A stretch of 64,000 nucleotides of DNA. Origin: Octopus vulgaris (lineage: Eukaryota). The notes beneath the pieces were generated by a model. It ran no database searches. It was not told the DNA's origin and saw nothing but the letters and a program-made list of their open reading frames with translations. Positions 13,295 through 25,990 of this stretch are shown one piece after another. Location of the stretch: positions 60,264,001 through 60,328,000 of the forward strand of contig OX597821.1 in the NCBI GenBank assembly GCA_951406725.2. The letters run 5' to 3'. Numbering within the stretch: the stretch's first letter is position 1; every line of letters starts with the position of its first letter. Position numbers and translations under genes: made by a program.

Positions 13295-13700
13295 ATAGTA
13301 AATGGAGGAATTACAACCGTGTTTTGTGGTCTGCTACAACAGCTCCTTTATAGGATCCAGTTAGCTTGAGACATCATCAGGAGGAACCACGTCCGGTTTC
13401 AGCCCCTACTCCTCTACCATTTTGACGTGGTGGGGTCCCCCCTTTCGGAGGTGTCTTCAGCTCTGGTGTTGGGTGCATGTCTTCTTTCTTCTGTTCCCTG
13501 GCCTCTTTGATGTATCGTCAGCGAGTGTCAGCTGATGACTGACTGTCTTGTCAAATTTTTCCCTTTAAATACCTGCCACATAGACTCCAGCAGGCAGCCC
13601 CAGCAAGTTGTCACGTGACACTGTCTCACCTTAACTGACTAGTGAAGGCGCGTAGTTTTAGCCCGCGCTTTTTCTAAACGACCGTGTATTGGTGGTGAAT
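13295..13700 (-). mobile_element. GC/CpG-richer structured insert, possibly a Penelope-like terminal repeat with a decayed hammerhead
   Basis: Minus strand: CTGATGA, long imperfect stem, then (A)AAA CACGGTTG TA. Further stems CCACGTC/GACGTGG and CCTCC-GAAA-GGGGG. Confidence 0.35.
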
Positions 13701-14516
13701 ATGAGAGGGTGTTGAGAATGATAACAGATATGAGAAGTGTTAAGATGAAGTATTACAGAGAAGAGGTAGAGAGAACTGAAGAATATTATACCAAAACTAG
13801 ATTTTTGTTGTCTGTTAAGTCAGAACATCAGAATGCCAATTGTATTTAGCTTACCAAATCTAAACTGATCTTTTCTGTATTTTGTTGATATGAGTTAATA
13901 TTTACAGTTTTCATATGGGGATCATTAAAAAAATCTGTTATCTGCCCCTCTAATTTTTTTACTCTCAGAGTGTGTAGAAATTCAGTTAGATGCAGATTTT
14001 GTAAACACACATCCATGCAAGTGACCATTGCTTGAATTTCAGCAATTAAAAAACTTAGTTTCATCTTCATGACCTTGTGTACACACATTTTTTTTTCTTG
14101 TATGGTTAAGAATCTCGCTTTGCAACCATGTCTTCTACTATAGTCCTGGGTTGAGCAAAGCCTTGAGAGCAAATTTGGTAGAGGGGAAACTCAGTGGAAG
14201 CAATCATCATCATCATCATCATCATTTATATGTGCGTTTGTTCTTCCCCTACTGCATTACAACCAATGTTGGTTTGTTTACATTGCCTGTTACTTTGTGG
14301 TTCAGCAAAAGAGACCAATGGAACAAGTGCCAGATTTATAAAAAAGCGTAAGTACTTTGGCTGATTAGTTCAAGTAAAGCCCTTCAAAGCTGTGCCCCAG
14401 CATGGCTGCAGTTCAATAGCTGAAATAATTAAAAGATAAAAGATTTGTGCATGAGTTGTGCACATGCACAGCTTAGAGGAAATTCTGATTAGTATGTTAT
14501 ATCTGACCATCTAAAA

Positions 14517-15178
14517 CAATGGTTCCCAAACCTTTCCTGGCTGCTGGCCCCTTAGCACCCAGGCCAGACCCCCAGCACTCCCACACACCAAACTCACCAC
14601 CACAAACACAGACCACTTTCTGCAGCAAACTCAAAACAACTGTATTTCACGAATAAAAGTAAGACGCAGGAGTGGCTGTGTGGTAAGTAGCTTGCTTACC
14701 ACATGGTTCCAGGTTCAGCCCCACTGCGTGGCACCTTAGGCAGGTGTCTTCTACTATAACCTCGGGCCGACCAAAGCCTTGTGAGTGGATTTGGTAGACG
14801 GAAACTCAAAGAAGCCTGTCGTATATATGTATATATGTGTGTATGTATGTTTGTGTGTCTGTGTTTGTCCCCCTAGCATTTCTTGACAACCAATGCTGGT
14901 GTGTTTATGTCCCTGTCACTTAGTGGTTCGGCAAAAGAGACCGATAGAATAAGTACTGGGCTTACAAAGAATAAGTCCCGGGGTCGATTTGCTCAACTAA
15001 AGGCAATGCTCCAGTATGGCCGCAGTCAAATGACTGAAAGAAGTAAAAGAGTAACGTAATTAACCCATTGAGTTTTTTTTACATCCATTGCTTCATTTTG
15101 GGCACCCTATTATCACCCCACTTTTCTTCACTCCCCCCCCCCCCCGAGGGGCAGTACTACACACTTTGGGAACCACTG
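14517..15178. mobile_element. hAT (Charlie-like) MITE with perfect 8-bp TSD
   Basis: TIRs CAATGGTTCCCAAA / TTTGGGAACCACTG; TSD ATCTAAAA at 14509-14516 and 15179-15186; contains a nested SINE. Confidence 0.9.
14663..15053 (+). mobile_element. tRNA-derived SINE family A, full length
   Basis: A-box-like TGGCTGTGTGG, B-box-like GGTTCAGCCCC, central (TA/TG)n, tail 'ccagtatggccgcagtcaaatgactgaa..gtaaaagagt'. More than 15 copies in the window. Confidence 0.9.
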
Positions 15179-15334
15179 ATCTAAAACATCATTACAATAG
15201 TGTAGGTTGGCAATAAATTGAAAGTTGAGCAAGTAACATCAGTTAGTACCTGGTTGGAGCTTCTTAGGTATCACTGGCTACCTGGATACTTTGTGACACA
15301 GTGAAAAGCCAACCATGACTGCTCAAATGCGACA

Positions 15335-15722
15335 GAAGCCCAGGGAGTCTTGATAACATGCTTGTGATTGCTGGAACACATTTTCTCTTTCTTTGTACTT
15401 CTTTTCACTTGTTTCAGCCGTTGGGCTGTGGCCATGCTGGGGCACAGCCTTGAAGCGCAGATCCCACTATTTATTTTTTTAATGTCTACTAGTTTTCTAT
15501 CAGTCTTCAGGGATGTGAACAAACCAACACCAATTGTCAAGCTGTATGGGAGGCACACAGACTCAAAGACACACATAGATGACAGGGTTCCATACAGCTT
15601 TTACTGATCAAACTCACTCACAAGACAACGGTCAGCCCAAAGCCAGAGTAGAAAACACTTTCCCATGATACTGTGCAGTGGTACTGAACCCAAAGCCACA
15701 TGATTGCAAGCAAGATTCTTGA
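15335..15722 (-). mobile_element. SINE family A, degraded
   Basis: 'cttttcacttgtttcagcc..tgtggccatgctgggg' tail and a decayed head, in reverse. Confidence 0.7.
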
Positions 15723-16107
15723 CCATTTTAAGTTTTCTTATTTTTAACAACAACCTACAAATTTTCTATGGGTTTCTGGTCAGGCAAATTACATGTCAAG
15801 GAAACACGTTGCTGACATGATCAACAAACCAAGTAGTGGTTATTTATGATTTTGTTTGCAGGCGCCAAACCATGTTGGACCCCGACTAACATCTAACTTG
15901 AATATAATGTGTTAAATAAGAAATCATGGTTGCAAATGAACAATAAGATAACGATCTAGGCAGCAGTTTTGCTTCTATTTAAATAGTCAAGGTGGCTCAT
16001 AGACTACTGATCTCTGATTGGCTAAAAAAATCTCATATGACAATCAGTAATGCTAAATTGTCGTCTGCATGAGAACGCTACGAGTCTATAATCTATAATA
16101 ATTATGT

Positions 16108-16470
16108 TGGCAGACTCGTTAACACGCCGGGCTAAATGCTTAGTGGTATTTCGTCTGCCGCTACGTTCTGAGTTCAAATTCCGTCGAGGTCGACTTTGCC
16201 TTTCATCCTTTCGTGGTCGATTAAATAAGTACCAGTTACGCACTGGAATCGATATAATCGACTTAATCCGTTTGTCTGTCCTTGTTTGTCCTCTCTGTGT
16301 TTAGCCCCTTGTGGGTAGTAAAGGAATAGTATTTCGCCCGTTGCTACATTCTGAGTTCAAATTCCGCCGAGGTCGACTTTGCTTTCATCCTTTCGGGTTC
16401 GATTAAATAATTACCAATTACGCATTGGGTTCGATGTAATCGACTTAATCCCCTCCCCCAAGCTGCCCTT
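16108..16470 (+). mobile_element. SINE family B with duplicated body
   Basis: Same sequence as the 11080 copy; the body restarts at about 16329. Confidence 0.85.
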
Positions 16471-16499
16471 GAAATCATTATTATTATTATTTATAGTTT

Positions 16500-17631
16500 A
16501 TTATGATTTCTTGTTAATATGCAAGTCATTCATTGATATATTTTAGAGAACTCTTAAAAAATTCAGAATTGAGTGAAAACCGGAATATAAATTCTAAGTT
16601 TCATGATGGTCTTGGGAAAGAAATTAATCACGTTGATATTGAATAGCCGAAATAGAATTTAAGCATGAAACACGGCAAAATATTCAATGGTTAAACTTGC
16701 ATGTTTCAACGAAAGACATTCCCCAGGAAGAAGCAAAACATGTGAATTAATGGGCTCTTCTAATTTACAAATAATAACTAGAGATTTGTGCAAAGCAAAA
16801 ATCACTAGCACAATATTAAGCTCACAAAAAAAGTAAACAAATATTAATAAATGGCGGATAAGAATTATTGGAAACTGGAAAAAAAGTAGAGCAGGAAAGC
16901 GAGCATTCTAGTTTGATATCGAAGGGTGGAGAGAGAAAAGGATTTTGTCATAAATTAATGAACAAAAATGAATGGAAAAAAATTTTTTCCCATTCTTTAT
17001 TTTGTCGTACGTTCTAAAACCAAAATATAATCTAACATAAAATTGTAAAAAAAAAAGGTAATAGCTGATTAAGTTAACTTCCATTCATATATAACTTGAA
17101 GTCAATTTTTTTACCCGTTTTCCGGCAGAGGAGAAAAAGAAGTAGGAATGTGAAAGAAATATATATAAAGACATTGAAAGGAAGAAGGAACCATCTTGCC
17201 TGGAGATTTCTAATCTGTGTTTTGTAATAAATGAACAGAAAAAGAAAAAATAATGTAACTTAGATAATGAAAATAAAAACAATGTTATTCTACTATAATT
17301 AATAACGATCGGAATTGCGTCATTGCTAAAATTAATTTGTTTATGGCGAAAAATGCCTATAATGACATTGAATTATACGTATTTCGCCTGGCTCTGTATT
17401 CATTAACGTTAGCTCTACATGACATATGCGTATTTCTTAAAATGTATTTTTACATTGCATATTTAAAATAACGAAGAATAATAAAGAAACTATTCATATT
17501 TCGTAAAAAGATATAAATAAATGAATCAGTATTTTCTCTACACATATTCTATAGATCGTTCTTAACTGAATTTGATCAATGTGTTTTTCAATTCGTTAAA
17601 ATAATTCTCGTTGCTTATCAATCACGCCCGA

Positions 17632-17670
<39 letters not shown>

Positions 17671-17700
17671 GTTGCTAAATATGTTCGTAAAAAAGTGACC
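16500..17700. promoter_or_regulatory. CpG-retaining unique region, possible promoter
   Basis: CpG retained; AAATGGCGG (YY1-like) at about 16849; CCGGAAA on the minus strand at about 17120. No ORF. Confidence 0.3.
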
Positions 17701-19439
17701 GTGGTCTGTGCAAAATGAAAACGAAGCGTATTGACTAATGCCTTATAAACACCATAGGGTGGATTTCTGACATAACATGAAAAATTCCTTATATCTATCA
17801 GCATCAATACATACATTCATACCTACCTACCTACCTACCTACATACATACATACATACATACATACATAATATATATATATATATATATATATAGTGCAT
17901 GAATGTGAAACAAGGTGGAAAAAATAGTACTAAAATACCAGAGGTAGAGTAATATGCTTTATAAATATGTATTCCACAACAGTTTCGCATGATTGATCTA
18001 AAAAGTCACCCAATCAGTGTGAAGATGTAATGTGATTTGGCTTCTTGAATATTCTAGAAATGTGTGCCCTTTCACCCTAGTTAAACAATGTGGCACCTAA
18101 ATTATAGAAGACTGCAGTTAGCCTTCAGAAAAGAAAGGTTATGGTAGACTACAGCTAGCCATCAAGTAAGACAGATTACAGTTTTCTACTCCAATCTTTT
18201 AAAATGTGCAGCAGTATTTGTATCTATGATTTTCTCTTCCAAGTAAATAATGTCTAAGCCAACACCATAAATTTATTCCTACTTACTATCCTAATAACTA
18301 GTGAATTTGTGATAGTTTCCATGCTTATATGCACAGTTTTTCTATCAGTAGAATATGGCTGAACGTTTGGGAGTTTGTTTATTTTAATGTTACATGCAGC
18401 CAAACTGATCTTACATTCAATATTCTTTTTCTTTCTAGAAACCAACTACATGGCAATGGTCTTCAGCAAGCTTGTGACAATGGTGACCCAGACATTCAGT
18501 CTATCATCATACGAATATATCATCGTCATTGACCAGCATGACAATAATAACCCTGACAAGAAAAGGCCAGCAAAGAATAAATAAATAAATAAAAATAAAA
18601 AAAGCCTGTGACACACTCAAGAGAAATTTTGAAGAATTATTCTTTTATGTAGTTGAGTATTCTTGGTTATAGCATATAACTGATCAGAGAGTTATTATTG
18701 GTTTCTTATCTACTATTGCACCTGGCAATATAGACAACTCATCAAACATGCTGACCAGAAACACATAGCCTTATTAATGCTGGAGGCCAGTTTGGTAGAG
18801 AGAAAAAAAACAAACAAAATGAAAAAAACCCTTTCTGAGTGGAAAGGAAGAGTTGCCCACTCGCTTGTACAATTCCAGCCACGGCTGAAGTTATCAGCTA
18901 TGCCTGCATACAGTTTATTCCATTCCCTAGCCCATAAATGGGGGAAACCATGTTTTCAAAATGAATTTTCTGTCATAAAGGTGGTGGTTGAAAATTCCAC
19001 TTTTTAAATTCAAGAAGGCACCAATTTGTTAGGATCATTGTTCTCTTGACTAAGCAAAATTTGCACTGACTGCTTTTGTTGAGGTATGACTCAGGTTATT
19101 CCAGCAGTTCTGAGTTAAACATGTATGGTATCCCTACATCTTTTGTCATATAAAGCTGGGGACAATGTAATTGACTTACCACCTTTCCTGAAATTGCTAG
19201 CCTTGTGCCAAAATTTGGAATCAATATTATGTACTGTGTTTAACTATATTTTGTGATGTAATGGAAAGTGTATATGTTTAAAATTTTTTTTAAAGTTTCA
19301 AAGAGATTGGGTTTTTTTTCACACTGCCAATGTTTATTTTGATTATAAATAGGTCCATGTTTAGGTGCTGATGGATCTGGGGACTATACTGAAGTAGTTG
19401 GTGTTCCCTAAATTTAAAGATACAATCAGTAAGTAATTA

Positions 19440-20150
19440 ATAATGAAGTGAGAAAGCACAGGTTATATTATCTAGTTGTCTAATATTCACGTTGAACCAA
19501 AAAAAAATATCATTTTGTGAGAAAATAACTTCTGCATCTTGCTGATTGTAATTATAATACAGAGGTAGTTGCATGTAAGAGAGTTGATCAAGGAAGTGGA
19601 CTAAATTGAAATTACAGACAGAAGACTATGAAGTTGAGGTAAAGTTATAGAACTGAGAAAATATTGCACAAAATATTTTAATGCTAAAATTTATTTTTGC
19701 TGAATTTATTCCATATTCAAATGAACCAAGTTATTTTTGACAGGCACTCTGCAAATAATATACAAAGTTTGCTAACTTTTCCAAGTAACATTTTTAAACA
19801 TCAAAATTTTTTCAAATTCAAAATCTACTTGTGAGCAGCTGATTTAAAAATATATTCATCTAAAATCTATGCAAAGATTACAGATATTTTTTTTATTGTT
19901 ATTAAATCTCTCTAAATAAATCTGATTAACAAAGAGATTATATTGAATAAAATAACCTCTAGTTATGATCCTCAGCTACATTACATTAGATCCAACCAAT
20001 GAAATCGTTGCATGATTCTCAGCTAGACTGCCAAAATAAACTCTTAAGAAAAGCTGTGTAGTCTGATTAAAAACAACTCTGAGTATGTTGCCAGAAGCAG
20101 AATGTTATTTTCTGGAGAGAAACATCATAGCTGAAGCTGGTTGCTAATTA
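19440..20150 (+). repeat. Copy 1 of an inverted duplication with a highly conserved non-coding core
   Basis: 19905-20115 is nearly identical to the reverse complement of 39162-39375; the flanks align only weakly. Confidence 0.9.
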
Positions 20151-20459
20151 ATGTCGCACAATGACTGCTAATAATTTTACTTCAAGTCTTACTATAGTTG
20201 CCGAAATCTACTGCTTTGTGTTGTATTTTGAGAGGAAAAGATAGTGACATTATGCTTTGTACCAGATATGTCATTTTTGTGAATATAATATATATATATA
20301 TATACATACATATATGAAAATAATAAGAATGCAATATGTATGACTTCTGGCATACCTTTCAGTGCATGCTTATAGCAAAGAATGTAATTATTAATTAGAT
20401 CCTTTGTGATTAACAGTATTTTTAATGTAGGTGCACTCATACACTTGCACACATGTGAA

Positions 20460-20505
20460 TGTATATGCATGTGCGGGTGCATATGTACATGTATACATAC
20501 ATATA

Positions 20506-20553
<48 letters not shown>

Positions 20554-20672
20554 TACACATGCATATATATATGTACATATTGTATTGTACATATATATAT
20601 ATATATATGCATACACATGTATATATATATATATGCATACACATGTATATATATATATATATATATATGTAC
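20460..20672. repeat. Compound (TA)n/(TACA)n microsatellite
   Basis: Direct observation; source of the YIYI ORFs. Confidence 0.95.
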
Positions 20673-20892
20673 ATATTTTTTAGTTTATTTTTGTAATTAG
20701 AATAATGAGGGCAAGCTGACATTTCTGGAGATAGTTGCATAAGAAAGGAAAAGTCAAAAAGTATAATTAATTGAATTTAATTAAGAAGTTGGAATATTTC
20801 GAGCAAGAGGTACATATTTGAACAGTGTGTTTAAGTGTGCAGTAGACTTTGCTTCAGCATGAGACCAAAAAAATTATTGGTTGCTCCTGTTG

Positions 20893-21410
20893 GTGGCATG
20901 GCTTTGTGGTAAGATGCTTGTTCCCTAACCACATGGTTCTGGTTTCAGTCCCACTGCATGGCACCTATAGACTTCTGCTAGAGCCCTGGGCCAACCAAAG
21001 CCTTATGACTAGATTTTGTAGATGAAAACTATGTGGAAGCACATCACATATGTATCTTTTATCTTTTACTTGTTTCAGTCATTAGTATGTGGCCATGCTG
21101 GGGCACTAACTTCAAGAATATTTTCGTTGAATGAATTGACCCCATTACTTTTTTTTTAAAGCCTGGTACTCATTCTATCAGTTTCTTTTGCTGAACCACT
21201 AAGTTAGGGGATGTAAACACCTCAGTACCAGTTGTCAAGTGGTGGTGGGGGACAAACACAGACACAAAAGCACACACACAAGCACACACACAACAGGCTT
21301 CTTTCAGTTTTCATCTACCAAATCTACTCGCAAGGCTTTGGTCAGCCTGAGGCTATAGTAGAAGTCACTTACCCAAGGTTCCATACAGTGGGACTGAACC
21401 CAGAGCCATG
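20893..21410. mobile_element. Two SINE family A copies (head on +, about 20893-21050; near-full copy on -, about 21055-21410)
   Basis: Homology to the 14663 copy in both orientations. Confidence 0.8.
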
Positions 21411-21462
21411 TGTATGCAGACAAAAAGTGGGAGCTATAGATGCTCAATGTAGAAAACATGTA

Positions 21463-22150
21463 CAGGGCGGTCTGAAAGTCTTGTTACCCACTACATATTG
21501 TTTATTATTGTCATTATTATCATTGTTTTAGCACCCCAATCATTTAATGATTTGGGCTGTCATATCGAGTAAGCACCTGATAAGACCCTATTCCTTTGAG
21601 TGCACTGTTAACCAGCAATCTTACTTGGCCATGTTAAGGGAGTGGTTTGTTCCACAACTCCAGAGGTTGAATGTTGCCCTGAATGATTGTTGGTGCCCCA
21701 CCCCACTATGTTATGACTGTCTGGGAATACCTAAATGAAGTCTTTCGGGATAGATGGATAGGGCAAAAATTGCAACAACTTCCAGCATCTGTTGATTGGC
21801 CTCCCAGAAGTCCAGACCTCATGTTTTGCAATAACACTCTGTGGGGTATTATCAAGGAGAAAATTTCACATGTATGAGACCAGAATACCCATCAGTTGAA
21901 GGACACCATTCGGAGGGCCTTTGCAACAATCACCAAAGCACAGCTTCAAAATATATTTTGCAGCACATGGCGCCACATCATTTTGTGCTACGGAAATGAT
22001 TGTATTCATACAGACCTTCTCAATGTGTGACAGTGTCAATGAAAGGGAATAAACTAAATCCAGTTCATGCTTTGGATTACTGCATTACTTATTCTTCTAT
22101 TGTTCTCATTACATTTTGGTAGGGGATAACAAGACTTTCGGATCACCCTT
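21463..22150 (+). mobile_element. Internally deleted Tc1/mariner-superfamily transposon with both TIRs and TA target duplication
   Basis: TA|CAGGGCGGTCTGAAAGTCTTGTTACCC ... GGGATAACAAGACTTTCGGATCACCCTT|TA. Frameshifted transposase remnants MIWAVISSKHLIRPYSFECTVNQQSYLAML, GAPPHY, RWIG, WPPRSPDL..LWGIIKEKI. Confidence 0.92.
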
Positions 22151-23169
22151 TAGTTGAATTCAAATGATTTGAACACTGAAATCTTTATCAAGTACTAGGT
22201 CCATCAGGTAAAGAGAGGCTATAAGAGAAATCCAGGCAACCCAATATAGAAATAGTAATGCAGATAAACATGATAAGGCATTATATATATAAATATACAT
22301 ATATACATATACACTTATTTATACACATTGATATATAGAGAGAAATATAGAGATGCATATAACTAAATATATTCAGAAGATAAACACATACGTACAAGTG
22401 TATAGATATTTATATATACACGTAGACAAACAAATTTACAGATAGCATAGAAAATACTGAATATTAAGGAGAGAATGCATAGTACTTTTTTACTCGACAG
22501 CTGTTTCTGGAAACTCAGAATTATGTACAAATTGTAATGGTCATACTCACATATGTATAAGTGTGTGTGTGTGTTACTGTCTCCTTGTCTTCTCATCAAA
22601 TTATAACTGTAAACAAGTGTCATTGTCATGCATATAATTGACTTCCTATGTACAACTGACTTGAGAGTCAGGTGGAGAAAGAGTTTATTCAAAAACAGCA
22701 AGGTATTAATGCCATATATTACAAATGACTGCCTAAATTATGTGAGCTGTGTCTAAGAAAGTGATAGAGGAAGCCACTTCTCCGTAGCTAAGACAGAAGT
22801 AGACTGAAGTTGATATATGTTACACAGACCAAAGGATATTAAGCCTGGATAAAGATGAAAAAAAGAAAAGTAAGTATTAGAATGGTTATTAAGTAGTTTC
22901 AGCTTGCTAAAACCAACCTCAAATCTTTATTGGACTATGTCTACTATGGGGAATCCCTCATTACCAATTTATAATTAATTTACATTCACATTAACCTATT
23001 CCTACTTATCTCCTCTATGGAAAGGCACCTGTGCTTATCCCTCTGTCATATTTTAGTCTCTTAACACCAGGCATAAAGCCACCTTTTCCATTCAAATACT
23101 TCCCCATACACTTAGTTGTAGTGTCTTTTTCCCTATTTATTTTTATTTCTGTTACTTGGCAACCTCTCA

Positions 23170-23430
23170 AGTGCCAGTGACCCCCCCCCCCCCAAAAAAA
23201 AAGGTACCCAGAATACATTTTGAAGTAATTTGGTATCCAGCCATAGAAACCATGCCAAAGCTAGCATCAGAGCTTGACAGCCCTGCACCTCAATGTCTCC
23301 TGTTAAACTGTCCAACTCGTGACAGCATGGAAAATGAATGATAAATGGTGGTGGTGGTGATGGCAGAGACAGTGGTGGTGGTGGTGGTAATGATGATGAT
23401 GATGGTGGTGTTGATGATGATGATAATGTT
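23170..23430 (+). mobile_element. Degraded RTE 3' end plus (GGT/GAT)n tract
   Basis: 'gtatccagccatagaaaccatgccaaa..tgtccaactcgtgacagcatggaaaatg' followed by trinucleotide repeats. Confidence 0.6.
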
Positions 23431-24676
23431 GATGACACACCCTTGCCAATAATTGTGAGATCCAATAAATTTCAGGAAAATGATGCATGAAAAAACTAAC
23501 TATATGGGTAAATTCACAATTCTTAACAAACAAAGTTTTAACTTTGGATTGTTAGTAAACTGATACCAATCATGTTTTAATTTCAGGGAGGCAGCTCCTG
23601 GTAGGAAATGATTCTTGTTAAACAAATCTGTAAAAACACATTCTATAAATTAATGGTTTGTGGGGTAAGTTTGAAGGAAGTATTCAACAATGATGTGTTT
23701 CAAAGATTAAAAGGGAGTTTACAATTAATAATTTTAAAGATAGATTGATGTCATAAAGTACTCAATTCAGAAGAGGCAGCCGGCAGTTTCTGTAAAGAAG
23801 AAATAATCTTGAAATTGCTACCTGATATTTGCTGTTGAAAACAAAACACAAGCATTTCATTGTAAACCATTTGAGAAAATTATTGTTCTGCAGAAAGCTA
23901 TTCTAAATTCTAAGAAAAACCTTTAACATTACTGCAGATTATAAATGCTGTCAGAGAAAAGCCTGAGATTTCTCTAAACATAACTGTTTTGCTTGTTTGT
24001 TTGTTGATTTGTTTATATTTTAATTAATTCTCTCAGTATTCTTCATGTAGTTCTTAGTTCAGTATTGTGTTTTTTCTAGTATTTTACACTTTCGAATTAC
24101 TAACACTCTCTGAACAACAGATACATTTTTGTCAAGATAAAATATTGTTGTTTTTTTTTTGTTTTTGTTTATAGCTGTCTCATTGCAGTTGCTGTTGCAG
24201 TAGCTTAATCTTATTATTATTAGCGTTATCCTTTTATTTATTAATTTTTTTTTTTGGTTAGCATACTGAAATGACACAAGAAGAATAATGGTTTAGGAAA
24301 ACTAATCTGTGTGCATACTACACTTCAATATTTATACATCAACACGCATGGAACAAGCTTTTCCTTGCAGGTTTATGTTTTCATGCATAGAACTGTACAC
24401 TTGTACATATGCACACAATAAAAACCTGCAACTATATCAACATGCAACTATATGCATGACAATATATACACAGAATCAGAGAGCAAAACACATAATCCAT
24501 GCATACACAAAAAAGAAGCTGTAAGTTTAGGCATAAATATTTATGTATGTAGATACATACACAAGTTTATTTCTTAGAGAAAAGAAAGCATTCAACAACT
24601 GAATGTAAAGATTCAAGTTTATTCTCAGCCAGTGACATGTTAGGTTAATGACCGATGTCAAAATATTGGAATAAAA

Positions 24677-25039
24677 TAGTGATTCTCAAACAGTGTACCA
24701 CAATACACCAAAATGCAGTGGTACACCACAATGCAGCAGAGCACTGCATGGGTTATCTAGGTGTGTTGCAGATCTTTAAAAATATAATTTGAGCTTTTAA
24801 AAAATCCATACTTGTTCTTAAGCATTTTGAAAAATGTTTTATTTGTAAATTTGTAATATACAAGATTAGCAACAGTCTTCTATATTTTTACCTGAATTTT
24901 TAACTTTACAATATAGATTCTTTTTTAAACATTCTTATGAACTACACCAATAAATATTTACTTGATTTTTAGTTATTTATTTGATTGCCATGAAAGGAAT
25001 CAAACTGAGGACTGGTAATTTAGAGTTGGAACCAACTTG
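24677..25039. mobile_element. Possible decayed hAT-Charlie MITE
   Basis: Left 'tagtgattctcaaac' and right 'gttggaaccaacttg' resemble CAGTGGTTCTCAAAC TIRs; TSD not clear. Confidence 0.35.
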
Positions 25040-25089
25040 TCTAAAAGCGTTCTATAGATTTTAGTATTATGCATCTTTTAATATGTACA

Positions 25090-25545
25090 GGGCATGGCTG
25101 TGTGGTTAGGAAGACTGTTTCCCTATTGCATGGTTTCAAGTTCAGTTCTACAACATGTCATCTTGGGCAAGAGTCTCCTATTATAGTTCTGGATTGATCA
25201 AAACCTTGTGAGTGAATTTGGTGGACAGACACTGAAAGAAGCTTGATGTTTATATGTGGGTGTGTGGTTGCATGCATCATCATCTTTTAACGTCCACTTT
25301 CCATGCTGGCATGGGTTGGATGATTTGACTGAGGATAGGCAAGCCAGGAGGCTGCACCAGGCTCCAATCTGATCTGGCAAGGTTTCAACAGCTGGATGCC
25401 TTTCCTAACACCAACCACTGCAAGAGTGTAGTGGGTGCTTTTTGCATGCCACTGGCATGGGAGCCAGTCAAGTGGCACTGGCATCAACCACACTTGAATG
25501 GTGCTTTTTACATGCCTCTGGCACAGGAGCCAGTCAGGTGGCACT
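25090..25545. mobile_element. SINE A head (+) abutting RTE 3' end (-)
   Basis: 'ggcatggctgtgtggtt..' then '(cat)n..aacgtccactttccatgctggcatgggttgga..' with internal tandem units. Confidence 0.75.
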
Positions 25546-25729
25546 GATATATATAATACTTTTCTCGCTGGATTGCATGTTTGTTTCTCTTTTTCCCATC
25601 TGTAATTTTATTTTTGATCTTCTATATAAATGAAGATATTTCCTCTGTCTACAAAATTTCTGTCTACAAAATGAGAAGTTACATTGCAGAATTGTCATTT
25701 TAACAAGCTGTATTTATTTATCACCCAAC

Positions 25730-25870
25730 AAGATACATCTGCACCACTGGATGCTCCTGAACTAGTTGTTGAGTGTGTCCCCCATGAGGGATCGATGCAA
25801 GATGCGTCAAAACAATTGTTGTGATTATTAATAAATTCTCGTATATTTTATCTTCCGTCTTTCCTTTGCC

Positions 25871-25902
<32 letters not shown>

Positions 25903-25987
25903 CAGCATGGCCGCAGCTATGAGTTGAAACCACAGCAAATATATATATATGGCAAACGAAAGACGGAAGATGAAATATACAAGAATT

Positions 25988-25990
<3 letters not shown>
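25730..25990. mobile_element. Small (TA)n-embedded element with inverted terminal duplication (Penelope-like)
   Basis: taaattctcgtatattttatcttccgtctttcctttgccatat (25832-25874) is inverted at about 25947-25989. AATAAA lies just before the terminus, and both copies abut (TA)n. Confidence 0.55.

Noticed and set aside
13846-14172. 108-aa minus-strand ORF ending at a gtaagc donor
   Set aside because: No recognisable domain, starts inside a degraded SINE, and has no clear acceptor.
14663-14735. SINE heads as tRNA genes
   Set aside because: A/B-box-like motifs only; no complete cloverleaf, and they continue into a SINE body.
20192-20740. Long ORFs rich in YI/CV/HT (also 31036-32144, 34431-34911, 38226-38960)
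   Set aside because: Translations of (TA)n, (CA)n and (TACA)n microsatellites.
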